Under the pieces are notes generated by a model that saw only the letters and a program-made list of their open reading frames with translations, did not search any database and was not told the DNA's origin. From Octopus vulgaris (lineage: Eukaryota): a stretch of DNA of 64,000 bases. Positions 44,471-58,669 of this stretch are shown here, piece after piece. The translations under genes and the position numbers were made by a program. The stretch covers positions 9,734,001 through 9,798,000 of the forward strand of contig OX597830.1 of NCBI GenBank assembly GCA_951406725.2. Direction: 5' to 3'. Each line of letters starts with the position of its first letter. The first letter of the stretch is position 1.

Positions 44471-44523
44471 TAACCCTAACCCTAACCCTAGCCCTAGCCC
44501 TAACCCTAACTCTAACCCTAACC
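44469..44523 (-). repeat. Interstitial telomeric repeat, about 9 units of TTAGGG
   Basis: (CCCTAA)n with CCCTAG variants. Confidence 0.92.
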
Positions 44524-44538
44524 TTTGATAGATCTATA

Positions 44539-44786
44539 AATAACGGCGTGCAGAATATTGGGTAAAAGATCCTTGGTTAGCAAAAAATTAGAAGGCTGCT
44601 CCTGAGACTTGAACCTACATCTTTGAACATGACCGTCGTGCTATATATAGATATTTTATTGAGTGCTTGGTATAAGGGTTATATTATCTGTCATGTTCAC
44701 AGATGTCGGTTCGAGTCCCACTGGCAGCCTTCGACATTTTTTTTCAACCAAGAGAATTTTTAAACCTAGATTCTACACACTATTAT
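44539..44786. mobile_element. Diverged inverted repeat containing a tRNA-like Pol III unit
   Basis: Arms of ~95 bp. The right side has A-box-like 'tggtataagggtta' and B-box 'ggttcgagtccc'. Confidence 0.7.
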
Positions 44787-45424
44787 TCGTAGCTTTATTC
44801 ATTTATAGAATTGAAATAAAAGTGCCGGAGTCAATTAATTGAACTAAAAATATTTCAGCGTGAAGCCCCAGCATGGCTGCAGTCTAATGACTGAAACAAG
44901 TAAAAGATAAAATATCCCGGTTTATGTCACGCTGACGATTTCTAAAAGGAATTAAATGGTGCTCTCTATATGATCAACTAATTATTAGTAATTTTAAGCT
45001 TTTCGTAATATGTAAGCAAATAAATAGCTAAATATGTACATTCTAAGCATCTTTCTTCCATTTTGTTCCATGTTAAATTGCAGACTTCTAATCCCGCCAA
45101 ATATTACGTAGGAATTATCATCTCCCCCTGAGAACAGTAACTGACCACCAGGGATCACCGAATATTTTTCTGCTTGACAATTTTAATTAAAAGATGATGG
45201 TAAGGTTTCTTAACAAATTCATAGGATCAGCTATTTTTGTACATATGTTCCATGTTCAATACCTTATGCAGAATGTTGAATATTGAGGATGAGAAGCAAC
45301 TTGTTTTAATTAATACGAAAGAACCACGAGGTCGAGGAGAAGATTTTATGCTATTAATAAACTTCCTTTTCTGAATCATATCCAGTTATTAATTAATTAA
45401 TTAATAATAATAACACTAATAATG

Positions 45425-45494
<70 letters not shown>

Positions 45495-45619
45495 CTTTGG
45501 TGCGCCTTATAGTCAAATATAAAGCATTTAACCCTTAAAGTTTAGTAATTTCTGACTCACCAGTAGGTCTTCTACTAACTACAGCCTTCAGGATTATGTT
45601 CTGAAATATCGGAAGTAAG

Positions 45620-45661
<42 letters not shown>

Positions 45662-45892
45662 AAGAACAATACACAAATACACTGTTACACACACATATAT
45701 ACATATAATTATAGACATTTAGGTTACACACATATGTATACATATACACACATACACACAAATATATACACACATACACACAAATATATATACACATATA
45801 CTATTACATGTTTATATATTTGTGTGAATCTATGTATATATATATATATATATATACAAACATATACCAATGTATATCTATATACTTACATG

Positions 45893-45980
<88 letters not shown>

Positions 45981-45982
<2 letters not shown>

Positions 45983-46206
45983 GGGTTGGTGTATAATTAT
46001 TGCGGCTTTTTTTCAACAAAAACAATAAAAACATCTTTAAAAGCTTCTTTAAATTATTATTCCGGAGCATATTCACCATCTACTTCAAATACTGCTTCCC
46101 GTTTGCTTGGCAGGCAGTAAGACCGTCATTTAAAGATGTTATTGATATTGTTTTCGTTGAATAAAATTTGTTGAAAAAAAGCCTCTATAATTATGCACCA
46201 ACCCAA
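45981..46206 (-). mobile_element. Mariner deletion derivative (MITE) with both TIRs
   Basis: TIRs 'ttgggttggtgtataattattgcggcttttt' and 'aaaaagcctctataattatgcaccaacccaa' plus TA. Retains the C-terminus LPSKREAVFEVDGEYAPE*. Confidence 0.9.
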
Positions 46207-46254
46207 TATATACACAGAGATAGATAGTGTGTGTATGTCTATATTTATGTATTC

Positions 46255-46286
<32 letters not shown>

Positions 46287-46426
46287 ATGTATGTATATAT
46301 GAATTAAACAGCCGAAATCTGCGATGAGGGATCAGTTTCTGACTGAAGAATGAAGGCTTTGAATGACCCGTTTGTCTTTTTGTTCGTCCCTTCGTGTATT
46401 TCACGTTATTTATTTATGTAAAGGTT

Positions 46427-46527
<101 letters not shown>

Positions 46528-47062
46528 CATAAGTACATACATACATTCATACATACGTACGTACATACATGCATACATACATACGCACACACATATACCG
46601 ATGTATATCTATACACACACATATATATGTATATATGTGAATCAGTAATTAATTAATGCTTACTTATACTCAACACAACGTTTATTAGAAAACGTTTAAT
46701 TAACTGAAAATAGTTGATCTTACCGTTTCTAAAGTCTCTCGTTGTCAAACTTTAGACATATGTAAATATACTTTCTTATTCTCTTTGCATACCGAAAAAT
46801 AATGATCATAAATTGTCCTGGCGTCTTGTAAATGTGTTTGTGTGAAATTTGAAATGAAATCTTTAACGTTCTGATGTTTGAGTATAAATAAATAATAAGA
46901 CAAAAGTGTGTTCTTCTGACAATTGCTTTTGTATCTGTAACGCACGTGCATTTGTATTTGTAGTTTAAGTATGTGTATATATACATTATATATGTATGAA
47001 TGTATGTATTATGTATGTATGTGTGTATATCCCTATATGTTTTTATCTGTGTATCTGTCTCA

Positions 47063-47147
<85 letters not shown>

Positions 47148-47353
47148 GTCTGTCTAGCTGTGATAAAGAATGGGAAAAAATTCGTAATACAAGAGGTTAT
47201 CTAATTTCATTGGCTAACCTATCAGCCATTTTCCGTAGATTCTACGATTCACGAATATTCAGATTCGACTTTCAGTAAGTATAAACAGCAACAACCTTCA
47301 CAGATCGACGTTTTAAGTCGGAGGAAGATTCTCAGTAAAACTGGTTTAGAATT

Positions 47354-48682
47354 CTGGCACAAGGCCAGCAAGTTCTGGGAAATGTATGAGTCATTTCCAC
47401 CGACCCAAGTTCTAAAGTGGTATTTTTTTTTATCGACCCCAAGAAAATGAAAAACAAAGTCAACCTCCGCTGAATTTGAACTCAGAACGTAAAGATAGAC
47501 TAACTGCCGCTAATCATTTCATACGCCATGCTAACAATTCCTGTAGTTCGTTGCCGCCTTGGGACTAAACAATATTAAGACTAAACAAGGCGGTGAGCTG
47601 GCAGAAACTTTTGCATGCTGAGCTAAATGCTTAGCGGCATTTCGTCTGTCTTTACATTTTGAGTTCAAATTCCGCCAAGGTCGCCTTTGCCTTTCATCCT
47701 TCGGGGTCAATAAATTAAGTACCGGTTGCGTACTGGAGTCGATCTAGTCGACTGGCCACCTCCCGCCAAAATTCCGGGCCTTGTCCCTAGAATAGAAAAG
47801 AATATTAAGACTAAACATCCTCTAGTCCAGTAGTTTCTAAACAGCTTCACTACCAAGATGAGCTGCAAGGACCATAAGCACGCTTAGAGGCATTTCGTCT
47901 GTCTCGTGTTCTGAGCTCAAATGCCGCTGTGGTCGACTTAGCCTTGCATCGTGTCGGCGATGTAATCCATCAACACTCTCTCCTGATATTGCTAGCCTTG
48001 TGCCAAAATGTGAAATCAATTTTCTTTTCTACTCTAGGCACAAGACCCGAAATTTTGGGGGAGTGGGCCAGTCAATTAGATCGACCCCAGTACGCAACTG
48101 GCACTTATTTATCAACACCAAAAGGATAAATGCAAAGTCGACCAAAGGATATAAGGTGGAATTTGAACTCAAAACATAAAGACAGACGAAACACAGTTAA
48201 GCATTTCGCCCGACCTGCTAGTGATTCTTATTTCTTTTTTGCCCACAGGGGGCTAAACATAGAGGGGACAAACAAGGGCAGACAAAGGGATTAAGTCGAT
48301 TAGATCGAACCCAGTACGGTGAGCTGGCAGAGACGTTAGAACGCCGGGCGAAATGCTTACCGGTATTTCGTCTGCCGTTACGTTGTGAGTTCAAATTCCG
48401 CCGAGGTCGACTTTGACTTTCATCCTTTCGGGGTCGATAAATTAAGTACCAGTTACGCACTGGGGTCGATGTATTCGACTTAATACCTATGTCTGTCCTT
48501 GTTTGTCCCCTCTGTATTTAGCCCCTTGTGGGTAATAAAGAAATAGGTATTTAATTTATCGACCCCGAAAGCATGAAAGGCAAAGTCGATTTCGGCGGAA
48601 TTTGAACTCAGAGCAAAAAGACAGACGAAACACCGCTAAGCATTTTGCCCGGCGCGCTACCGTTTCTGCCAGCTCACCGCCT
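47354..48682. mobile_element. Cluster of SINE family B copies in alternating orientation, with nesting
   Basis: 47354-47560 (-); 47588-47800 (+, perfect 17-bp TSD aatattaagactaaaca); 47858-47960 (+); 48022-48682 (- dimer) containing 48318-48550 (+). Confidence 0.92.
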
Positions 48683-49047
48683 TGACATTGGAAATCAATA
48701 TTACATTAGAATGTATGAATTGTGCAATATCTTTGGGCGTATATTTTTCTTTTCTCTGGTTCTTTTGGCACATATTTCTATGAAAGATTGCACTTTACCA
48801 TCGAAATATAGAACAGCTAGAAAATATAACAATAAAAAATAAAAAGTTATAAGATATCGAAGAACTCACGCTTCCCATTGGCTAACTTGGTTTCATGTTA
48901 TCAGTTTCTCTCTCATCTATTTCTTTATCTCTCTGTCTATGTGTTTGTGTTGTGTGTGTACATATATATATACACATTCATACATTCATACATGAAAAAT
49001 GCATATATACTCATATATACATATATGCATATCTATTCATATGCATA

Positions 49048-49110
<63 letters not shown>

Positions 49111-49374
49111 ATATATATATACACATACATAAATAGATATGTATATAACATGTGTATATATGTGTGCGTGTGTGTTTATGTTTATTTACACATACTCACA
49201 CACCCTCATTTAAACATATATATGAAATATGTGTTAAAATACTTAACAACGGTCATAGAAACAATACAGTGTTTACCTCTTTTTCTCGTAACCATATTCA
49301 TTCTTGCGCAAGACCCCGCTGGATCTCTTATCCCTTCACAGAATTATATTAGTCATAATATTGCATGACATATA

Positions 49375-49786
49375 AGGCGGCGAGCTGGCAGAAACGTTAG
49401 CACGCCGGGCGAAATTCTTAGCAGTATTTCGTCTGCCGTTACGTTCTGAGGTCCACTTTGCTTTTCATCCTTTCGGGGTCGATTAAATAATTACCAGTTA
49501 CTAACTTGGGTCGATATTATCGACTTAATCCGTTTGTCTGTCCTTGTCTGTCCTCTCTGTGTTTATCCTCTTGTGGGTAGTAAAGAAATAGGTATTTCGT
49601 CTGCCGTTACGTTCTGAGTTCAAATTCAATCGAGGTCGACTTTGACTTTCATCCTTTCGAGGTTTATTTTGCTTTTCATCCCTTCGAGGTCGATAAACTA
49701 AGCACCAGTTGCGTACTGGGGTCGATTTAATCGATTGGCCCCTTCCCCAAAATTTCGGGCCTTGTGCCCAGAGTAGAAAAGAAAAG
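49375..49786 (+). mobile_element. SINE family B dimer with TSD
   Basis: Flanks aatattgcatgaca and aatattgcttgaca. Confidence 0.92.
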
Positions 49787-50084
49787 AATATTGCTTGACA
49801 CAAACATCAGACCTTCTTTGGCAATTGTGTAGGCAACCCCAAAGACCTAGTAAAGGAATTATACTTAGTTATTTCATCAAGGGTATCGTGACCTGTAAGT
49901 ATTTAACATTTATTTCAAACGCTGTCGTTGTTTAGGCTGTACAACAAATGACATAAATTATATGTTATAGAGAAATTTTTAACAAGTCTCTGTTGTTATG
50001 GAGCGCTAACTCAATCTTGTTCCAACATACTCCAGTACTTCATAAAAATGATGTCCTTACTATAACGAGGATAGAATAAAGAAC

Positions 50085-50290
50085 TTTCCCGAGTCATACA
50101 GACTCCAGGTCCTGGTTTCTGCGAAGTACATATTCTCCACCTTGATGGGACACCGGTTAATCACAGGATTATTGGTTTGTGAAATGAAGTGTTTTGCTCA
50201 AGAACATAATGCATTGCCTCGTCCAGGAATCGAAACCAGAATCTTACGATCATAACCAAACACTTTAACCACTAAGCCATAAGCTGCCAC
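50085..50290 (-). mobile_element. tRNA-head/CORE-like SINE with V-like segment
   Basis: Minus-strand head 'atggcttagtggttaaag...ggtttcgattcc', then 'ttcttgagcaaaacacttcatttcac'. Confidence 0.7.
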
Positions 50291-50637
50291 TCCTAACATA
50301 AAGACAATCCTAGTGTGAACTCTAATATTTAGAGCTTCATCGTAAGAAGTAGTGTGTGCCACACATTGATGATTTTATTATTTGGCCTGGGATTATCCGT
50401 GTTCAGCTGAGTTCAGTGACTGAAAGCATTCCACTGAGACGATCTGCTTGTTTTATATTGAGAAATGCATTGCACAATATAACTTAAGTATTAGAGAGTA
50501 GAGTATTATTTGACTGCTTTTCCCAGCAGGTTCAGCAAACGTAGCAACTTCGTCGTCAGCTCGTATGTGTACATATTAATGCGGGGAGTGGTCTGCAGAG
50601 TTACTGAGCATGTAAATTTGGTCAGATTAGAGGGCAT

Positions 50638-51540
50638 GACACGGCTTTTTATCGAAATAATTTTCTTTCGAAAATTTTGTAAAAGCGATATATTTTTTAT
50701 CGAAATAATTTTATATCGGTCAAGGTTTTATCGAAAAAAACGTTTTATCTAACATTTTTTCTCATTGAAGTTCATGACGAGAACGATATTCTATCGAAAT
50801 GATTTTACATCGAAGACCATTTCATGGAAATACCTTTTATCGCATCTCAAAAGTAGCCTGATCCGTGACGATTCAGAAAAATTAACTAAATTAGTCACAT
50901 GGCTTGGACAACGATTAAACAGTGATTTTTCTCCGTTAAATTTTAAAGAATAAAACAAACATATTATTATACAGAAGTGCCCTCAAATTAGAACCATTCA
51001 AATACATGTGTAATGAAGTGATTTCATCTCCACACAGGTGCACAAACGCAGGGCCTCACACACACACATACACACATGCACACATGCACATACACACATA
51101 CACATATACATACATAGACACACTTCCACATGCATGTACACATTTAATTTACAAGAGAAATAGATTCATTAGTTATCCTATATAAAATTTAAATTAATTA
51201 TATTAAATTTTGAATTCATTTTTCGGGTGGAATTGTATCATTATTTAATATAAAATATTATTCTGAATTAGAAAAAATATCTACGATCAGTAACACACAC
51301 TTCTTATTAAATATTATCTGTTTAGAGTTTTAATTGCTAATATTTCTTCGTATAATTATTGAATGAAAATGCACTTTGATAAGAAATGCTTTTAATAAAT
51401 AACAGCTCTGCAACGGAAAGTTGTTCGATAAAAACCTGTTTCGGTTCAAACGATTTTCCATGAAAAGAATTTTCGATTAAACGTCATTCGATCAAAAGGC
51501 TTTTCGATCGATACATTCTTTGATGAAGAGTCCGTGCACA
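50638..51540. mobile_element. Foldback-like element with tandem-repeat TIRs
   Basis: Array of ~15-17-bp 'ttttatcgaaa' units at 50645-50843 and an inverted 'ttcgataaaa' array at 51410-51537. Ends cacgg...ccgtg. Confidence 0.7.
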
Positions 51541-52095
51541 AAACGTTGTTGAGATATAAACGCGGTAACTATTGTTACACATACGTCGAATATATTATGA
51601 TAGTTGGTAAGCTATTATTTTCGTTTGAATAAAATTGTCAGGATGGTTATTGATAAAGATTTCTGTGTATTTGGCTGATAATCATGTTTACATTGACAGA
51701 GTCTGTAGCAGTTTACAGCATGCTGAGCGAATACACTTTAAGCTTGGCAGGCGGCCTTCGTGTTTTAAAAGGTATTAATATGATTTAGTTGTGCAAATGA
51801 TTTCTAGGTGTAGTCTTATTTCGGCCAAGCTGAATCTCATTCATTACCAAGACTCTCATAAACACGTATCATACCATAGCAAAACGGTTTTTCGATATTT
51901 TAATACTGGAAATTTAATGATTTGTAATGTATAGTTAGAAATAAGTGTTCATGTCAGTATATTATCTACCAATCGATCTATCTATCTATATACTTGTCTG
52001 TCAGCCGGTCTATCTGGCTATCTCTCTCTATATATATTTCTTCCACTTTCTCCTTCGATATCTATAAGTATATGTGTGCATATATACGTGTGTGA

Positions 52096-52150
<55 letters not shown>

Positions 52151-52248
52151 CATATATATATATGTGTGTGTGTGTGTGTGAAAGGCAGTTAAATTATGTG
52201 TACGTAAGTGAATTAACACTGTTCAGACGACGCTTGTGTGTAGGCGTC

Positions 52249-52345
<97 letters not shown>

Positions 52346-52420
52346 TATAAACAAGGGCAAAGAAAAAAAATTTCCAATGCCAAATATGCCGAAAACAGAC
52401 ACATTGTCAATAACCATATA

Positions 52421-52544
52421 ATTCATCACTATAAGCGCGCGTCTCGAAGAAAGCCGACAGAAATTACTAAAAAATTCCGTTATTATCATATCATACTGAA
52501 TTCAGAGTTAATTCATAAGAATCTTCCCTTCGTCAGTGATAAAT
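52421..52544 (-). ncRNA. Degenerate type I hammerhead with long stem II loop
   Basis: Minus strand: atttatca-CTGACGA-agggaag...ctttcttc-GAGA-CGCGCG-CT-tatagtgatgaat. Confidence 0.55.
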
Positions 52545-52843
52545 GCAGCAAATAAATAAATGAAATACTTACTTATACCCATTGAAGAAGCAAACACTAA
52601 GTCATGAGCACAATTAAGTACCCCAAATAGATCCAAAATAGATCCAAATAGATCCAGCACACCTCGAGACACGTAAATTTAATATATATATATATTGGAA
52701 TCTTACTTGTATACCATCTTGCCTAAATATTGGATCTACAAATTCAATATCCCTACATATCTCACATCTATTTTCTTTCCTCCACCTCACTCTCTATTTT
52801 GTATCCTATCTAAAGTAACTATCACTTAATATTCTCTCACACA

Positions 52844-52887
52844 GTCTCCGATGAAGGGATATAATATCCTGGAAACAGTTGTAAGAC
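52844..52887 (+). ncRNA. Minimal type I hammerhead motif (U4C variant)
   Basis: GTCT-CCGATGA-a-GGGATA-taa-TATCCT-g-GAAA-CAGTTG-TA-AGAC. Confidence 0.7.
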
Positions 52888-54257
52888 CTTCTATCTATAA
52901 ATGTTCTAAAATCTATTCAGCCTTGGTTCTTTATCTCATTACGAAAAATTTTATATATATATAAAAGTGTGTATGTATGTATGGATATATTCCATAATAT
53001 GCATGCGCACGTATTTTAACACACAGGAATACGCATATGCATACATACAGAGAGACAGAGAGAGAGAATGAGAAAGAGAGATAAACAGAAACATAGATAA
53101 ATATGTATATAGATATACATATGAATATATGCGTTTGCGAATGTGCATATATCCATATATATATCTATATTCCTTCATATACATGTCTAATATATATAAA
53201 CACACACATTTACACACACACAATATATACATACATATATATATACTCATATATATATATTCATATGTTTCCATATGTACATACGGGCGTGTGTATATAA
53301 AATATATGTATATGCATATATATATATATATATATATGTACATTAATATATATTCATATGCATATATGTATATATATGTATATATATACATATATATATA
53401 TATATGCATATAAGTGCATATTTGAGTGTGTGTGTGTGCGTGCGTTCTTATGTGGATCAACAGCACACACACGCACACCTATATGCATATATATATATAT
53501 ATAGATATTTCTATGTCTATAACCATACCAATGGATATTGATAAACATTTCTACGCAATAACACGCATGTACATGCTTAGTTGAAGGCGCTCACACAAAC
53601 ACATGCAGATAGACTTGCACACAGACACATATAGCTGCAGAGACCACACACCTCTAAACCGCTCACATACAAACACAGACACACAAACACACAGAATCGT
53701 ATAGAATTTCAAGTCTTGTCTGAGATTTTTAACTAAAGTTATTTTAAAATTCTACGGGGAACTTAAAATACCAATTTGTGCTCTTTTTTCTCTCTCTCCT
53801 CAACTTTCTCAAAGAATTAGCCACCATATACATATATTTATGCAGACAGCACTTAAAATGATTTGACCTCCATTAACAATAACCTATATATATATATATA
53901 TACATGTATATAAAAATACATATACATACACACATGCATGCAAATATATATATAGAGAGAGAGACAGAAGATGTATGTATACATATATATATATTCATAT
54001 ATATATATATACATAAACACACACATATATTTGTATGTATATACACATATACATATATTCACATATGCATATATATACATATATATATATATACGTATAT
54101 ACACATATGCATATATATACATGCATGTATATATACATACATATATATTTATATATACATATATTCATATTCATATACATGCATATATATATTATATATA
54201 TATGCATATATGTATAAATATATATACATATATATATATACACACACATATACATAA

Positions 54258-54288
<31 letters not shown>

Positions 54289-55019
54289 CAAAAACAATGC
54301 ATTATGCGTTTTTAAATTTCCTTTCTTCAGTTCACCGTGACATTCTTGTGGAAGCTGGTTCTAAGCTGCACCCATCGGTGCCTGTGACGCATATATTTCG
54401 GCAGATACCGATTACAAGTTTCAAAGAATTCAGCCGTAATGATGCAAGAAATTGTAATAATTCATTAAAATATCATTAATAATTACCTATTAATAGTGCG
54501 ATAATATTATTATAATATTGTGAAAGTGTAATGAAAAAATAATGATTTTGTAATGAATTATGTAACTGATGAGCGTTTTTATTTCTGTACGGTCTGCTTC
54601 TACTGCTATAGTAATGAAATCGTATCCTTTGATACTAAATATATACTTTTTCGATTTCTTGTGCGCTGGTGATTCTTTTTCGTTCTGAAGCAATTTTCGT
54701 CCAGGTTGTGTTTTAGTTATTATTATTATTTTTTTTAGAATATTCCATATCATTTACTATAAATAAAATATGTAGCCTCTCTATGTCGGTTCGAAACCCA
54801 TGTCGTGGTAAAATGAACTCTATTCTTTGTCTATATTTGTAATGTTTTATAGCTCCATACACACTTATAAGGCATGTGTTTTGCTTTGAGGTTTAAGTTC
54901 TGGGTTTTTGTGCTTTTAGAATTCAAGCCAGTCACTAACAAATTCACAGGACTCGTGGAGTCGATGTGATCGATTTGCCGCTCCCTTGAATTTATTGGCG
55001 TTTTGAAAAAAATTGTCAA

Positions 55020-55505
55020 ACATATCATCATCCTCATCATCATCATCATTATCATCCTTCTTCTTCTTTTTCTTCTTTTCCTTCTTCTTCTTCTTCTTCT
55101 TCTTCTTCTTCTTCTTCTTCTTCTTCTTCTTCTTCTTCTTCTTCTTCTTTTCCTTCTACTTTTTCTTATTATTTTCGTCCCCCCTCCTCCTCCTTCTTCT
55201 TATACCTCTTCTTCTTCTTCTTCTTTTCTTTCTACTTTTTCTTATTATTTTCGTCCCCTCCTCCTCCTCCTTCTTCTTCTTCTTCTTCTTCTTCTTCTTT
55301 TCCTTCTACTTTTTCTTATTATTTTCGTCCCCCCCTCCTCCTCCTTCTTCTTCTACTTCTTCTTCTTCTTCTTTTCTTTCTACTTTTTCTTATTATTTTC
55401 GTCCCCTCCTCCTCCTCCTTCTTCTTCTTCTTCTTCTTCTTCTTCTTCTTTTCCTTCTACTTTTTCTTATTATTTTCGTCCTCCTCCTCCTTTTTTCTTC
55501 TTCTT

Positions 55506-55596
<91 letters not shown>

Positions 55597-55627
55597 ATAT
55601 TATTATTATTATTATTATTATTATTGC
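55020..55627. repeat. (CTT)n-based minisatellite, 5 higher-order units
   Basis: 'ttctactttttcttattattttcgtcc' occurs five times between (CTC)/(CTT) tracts. Confidence 0.95.
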
Positions 55628-55631
55628 ATGT

Positions 55632-55832
55632 CGGTGAGCTGGCAGAATCGTTAGCACGCCAGACGAAATGCATTGTGGTATTTCGTCTGTCTTTACGTTT
55701 TGAGTTCAAATTCCGCCGAGGTCGATTCTGCTTTCATCCTTTCGGGGTTGATGAAATATCTACCAGTTAAGCAGTGGGGTCCATATAATTGACAAGCTCC
55801 TTCCCCAAAAATTTTCATATTTTGTGCCTAGA
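55632..55832 (+). mobile_element. SINE family B monomer
   Basis: Head, Meta-like domain and tail 2. Confidence 0.88.
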
Positions 55833-56389
55833 CTAAACATAATAATAACAATAATAATAACAATAATAATTATGATAATAATAATAATAATAATAATTAT
55901 TATTATTATTATTATTAATTATTATTATTATTAGTGTTGTTCTTGTTATCAAACAGTCGATTGTTTCTAATTCTTGACATCAGTGTTGTTATTATTGCTT
56001 GTGTTACTTTTTATTGTTGTCATTGATGTTGTTGTTATTGATATCCTTATTGTCTATTGTTACCGCTAAAGCTAACTTTGGTCGCTATCGTTGTTGTTGT
56101 TGTTGTTGACATTGCTCTTGTTGTTACTCGTGTTTTTGTTGGGATCAACTTTGATATTTTTTTGTGTTGTATTTGTTGTTGTTTATATGGTCGCTGATGT
56201 TGTCTGTGTTATTGACGTTGGCTCAGTTGTTGCTCTTGTTTATGCCTTTATGGTTTTTGTTGTTGTTGTTGTTATTGCTATTTCTGTAAACATTTTTTTG
56301 TCATTCATCTTGTTTCAAGTAGGTACTCCCCAGAGTAATACTGACTGCTGTTCTTGTTGACGCTGTGGTTATTGTAGTTGTTGCTGTTT

Positions 56390-56412
56390 TCGTCATTATT
56401 ATTATTATTATT

Positions 56413-56459
<47 letters not shown>

Positions 56460-56691
56460 TTTTATTATTATTATTATTATCATTATTATCATTATTAATA
56501 TTGTTGTTGTTGTTGTTATTATTATTATCATTATTATCGTTATTATCATTATTATTATTGTTGTTGTTGTTGTTATTATTATTATTATCATTATTATCAT
56601 TATTAATATTGTTGTTGTTGTTATTATTATTATCATTATTATCATTATTATTATTGTTGTTGTTGTTGTTATTATTATTATTATTATTATT

Positions 56692-56729
<38 letters not shown>

Positions 56730-57085
56730 TAATAATAACGCTATTTACCATAGGTAAGGCCTGAAATTTTGGTGGAGGAGTCTAGTCGCTTACCACCACC
56801 ATGACCAACTACTACAAGACCCACACCAACAGAACCATCAACACTAACAATAACAACAACAACCTCACCCCACCCCCACCACCACCACCATCACCAATAC
56901 CACCATCACCAATACCACCATCACCACCACCACCACCACCAACATGAACAGCAAGAACAACAAGAAGGCCCATGCCACCATCAACAACAATGCCGACACT
57001 ACCACCACAACCACCACCACTACAACCACCACCACTACAACCACCACCACTACAACCACCACCACTACAACCACCACCACCACGA
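56390..57085. repeat. (ATT/ATC/GTT)n and (ACC)n microsatellites
   Basis: Direct reading. Confidence 0.95.
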
Positions 57086-57589
57086 CACCACTGCCCCCTA
57101 ACCACCATTATTACAACAGCACTAAAAACCGTGGTGTAACGACAAGCAAAAAGCCAAATCAGACGATGCGATAATGACATAAACTAGCAAAATAAGAGAA
57201 TAAAAGCCGCCATTATGATCCAGTACTGCTGGATCCTCCGTCGGCATCGGAGAGGAGCATTCTGTTGTTCGATCAACCGAACTAGCTGCTCATTAAAGAA
57301 TATTCTTCTGGATTTTGTTCCGTGTTGGCGGTTTTGGCTATGTGGCTCCATCGAGGTCAAGTATTTTCTTGGTCAGCTCTGCTGACATCTGGAATTAATA
57401 GAAAGGAAAATGTAAATAAAGAAAACCACGGGACGTACAGAAAGAACTCAAGAGAAACGTATTAAAATAATACATATTATATTGCCTAGACATAGCATTA
57501 AGTTTCATGACTTACATAGTACATTCGTACACACACGCACTGTTATGACTAGACACATACGTCTATAACATATTTATATATATATATAT

Positions 57590-57633
<44 letters not shown>

Positions 57634-57846
57634 TCATATATATATATGCATTATGTACACACGCACACACACACACGCATGCACATATATACATATGCGC
57701 ATGCGTACATGCCACCGTATATCGCGTATAGGAGGCGGTGCATTCAGCGTGACTTAAACGAACTAACAAACGGATGTAAGTATATATATTTGTATATATG
57801 TGTTTATGTATGTATGTATGTGTGTACATATGTATATATATGTATA

Positions 57847-57895
<49 letters not shown>

Positions 57896-58135
57896 GATTA
57901 CTGAGACAGAGAGGGAAGATGGAAGATACGAGAATGTATATATATATATGTATGTATATGTGTATATTTATATATATATATATATATATATACTTGTATG
58001 TATGTGTATGTACGTGCATATATATACACACATTTACATATACACATACACACACACATATGCATACATACATGCATACAGATTATGATCTCAAATGTCC
58101 TACGAAGGGGTACGAGAATTTTGCAGCTTTAAAAG

Positions 58136-58180
<45 letters not shown>

Positions 58181-58185
58181 CATAA

Positions 58186-58256
<71 letters not shown>

Positions 58257-58269
58257 TTTCTTTCATCGA

Positions 58270-58525
58270 TTTAAGCTCAAAGCTGTGGGCTCCCAAAACC
58301 TAGGCTTTTGCAGTGACTGGTTCTGAATTTCGTCGGCATTTTTGGAATTTTCCAGCATTAAACTGTGTATTATTGTCCTCAGCCGATCTGTAAATTGCGT
58401 CCAACACCTGCTGCAGGCGTGGAATATTGACAGGGTTTCGTTTTTTTTTCTGCGAGACTTGCGTATTGTCTGCGTAGCTAGCAAGGGTGGCTATCCGCGC
58501 AGCTGAGGGCATAAATGAGAAGGCC
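58270..58525 (-). mobile_element. CR1-group LINE RT fragment
   Basis: 'TLASYADNTQVSQ' and 'LQQVLDAIYRSAEDNNTQFNAGKFQ', homologous to 23640-23780. Confidence 0.85.
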
Positions 58526-58669
58526 ACTCTGAAACGCAGTCGATAAATTAAGTACGAGTTGCGTACTGGGGTCGATCTAATTGACTGCCCCACCCCAAAA
58601 ATTTTGGGCCTTCTGCCTAGAATAGAAAAGAGATTACCATAAATTTATCGCATTGTTCTCGAAAGCAAC

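Noticed and set aside
45560-45620. Minus-strand HHR-like 'ccgatat ttcagaa...tcctgaa ggctgta'
   Set aside because: The core and GAAA are too degraded to support a call.
54331-54479. Plus-strand acceptor followed by 'VHRDIL', kinase HRD-like
   Set aside because: No K-x-x-N or DFG follows.
55003-57180. Poly-Leu/Asn/Ile/Gly ORFs
   Set aside because: Microsatellite-derived.
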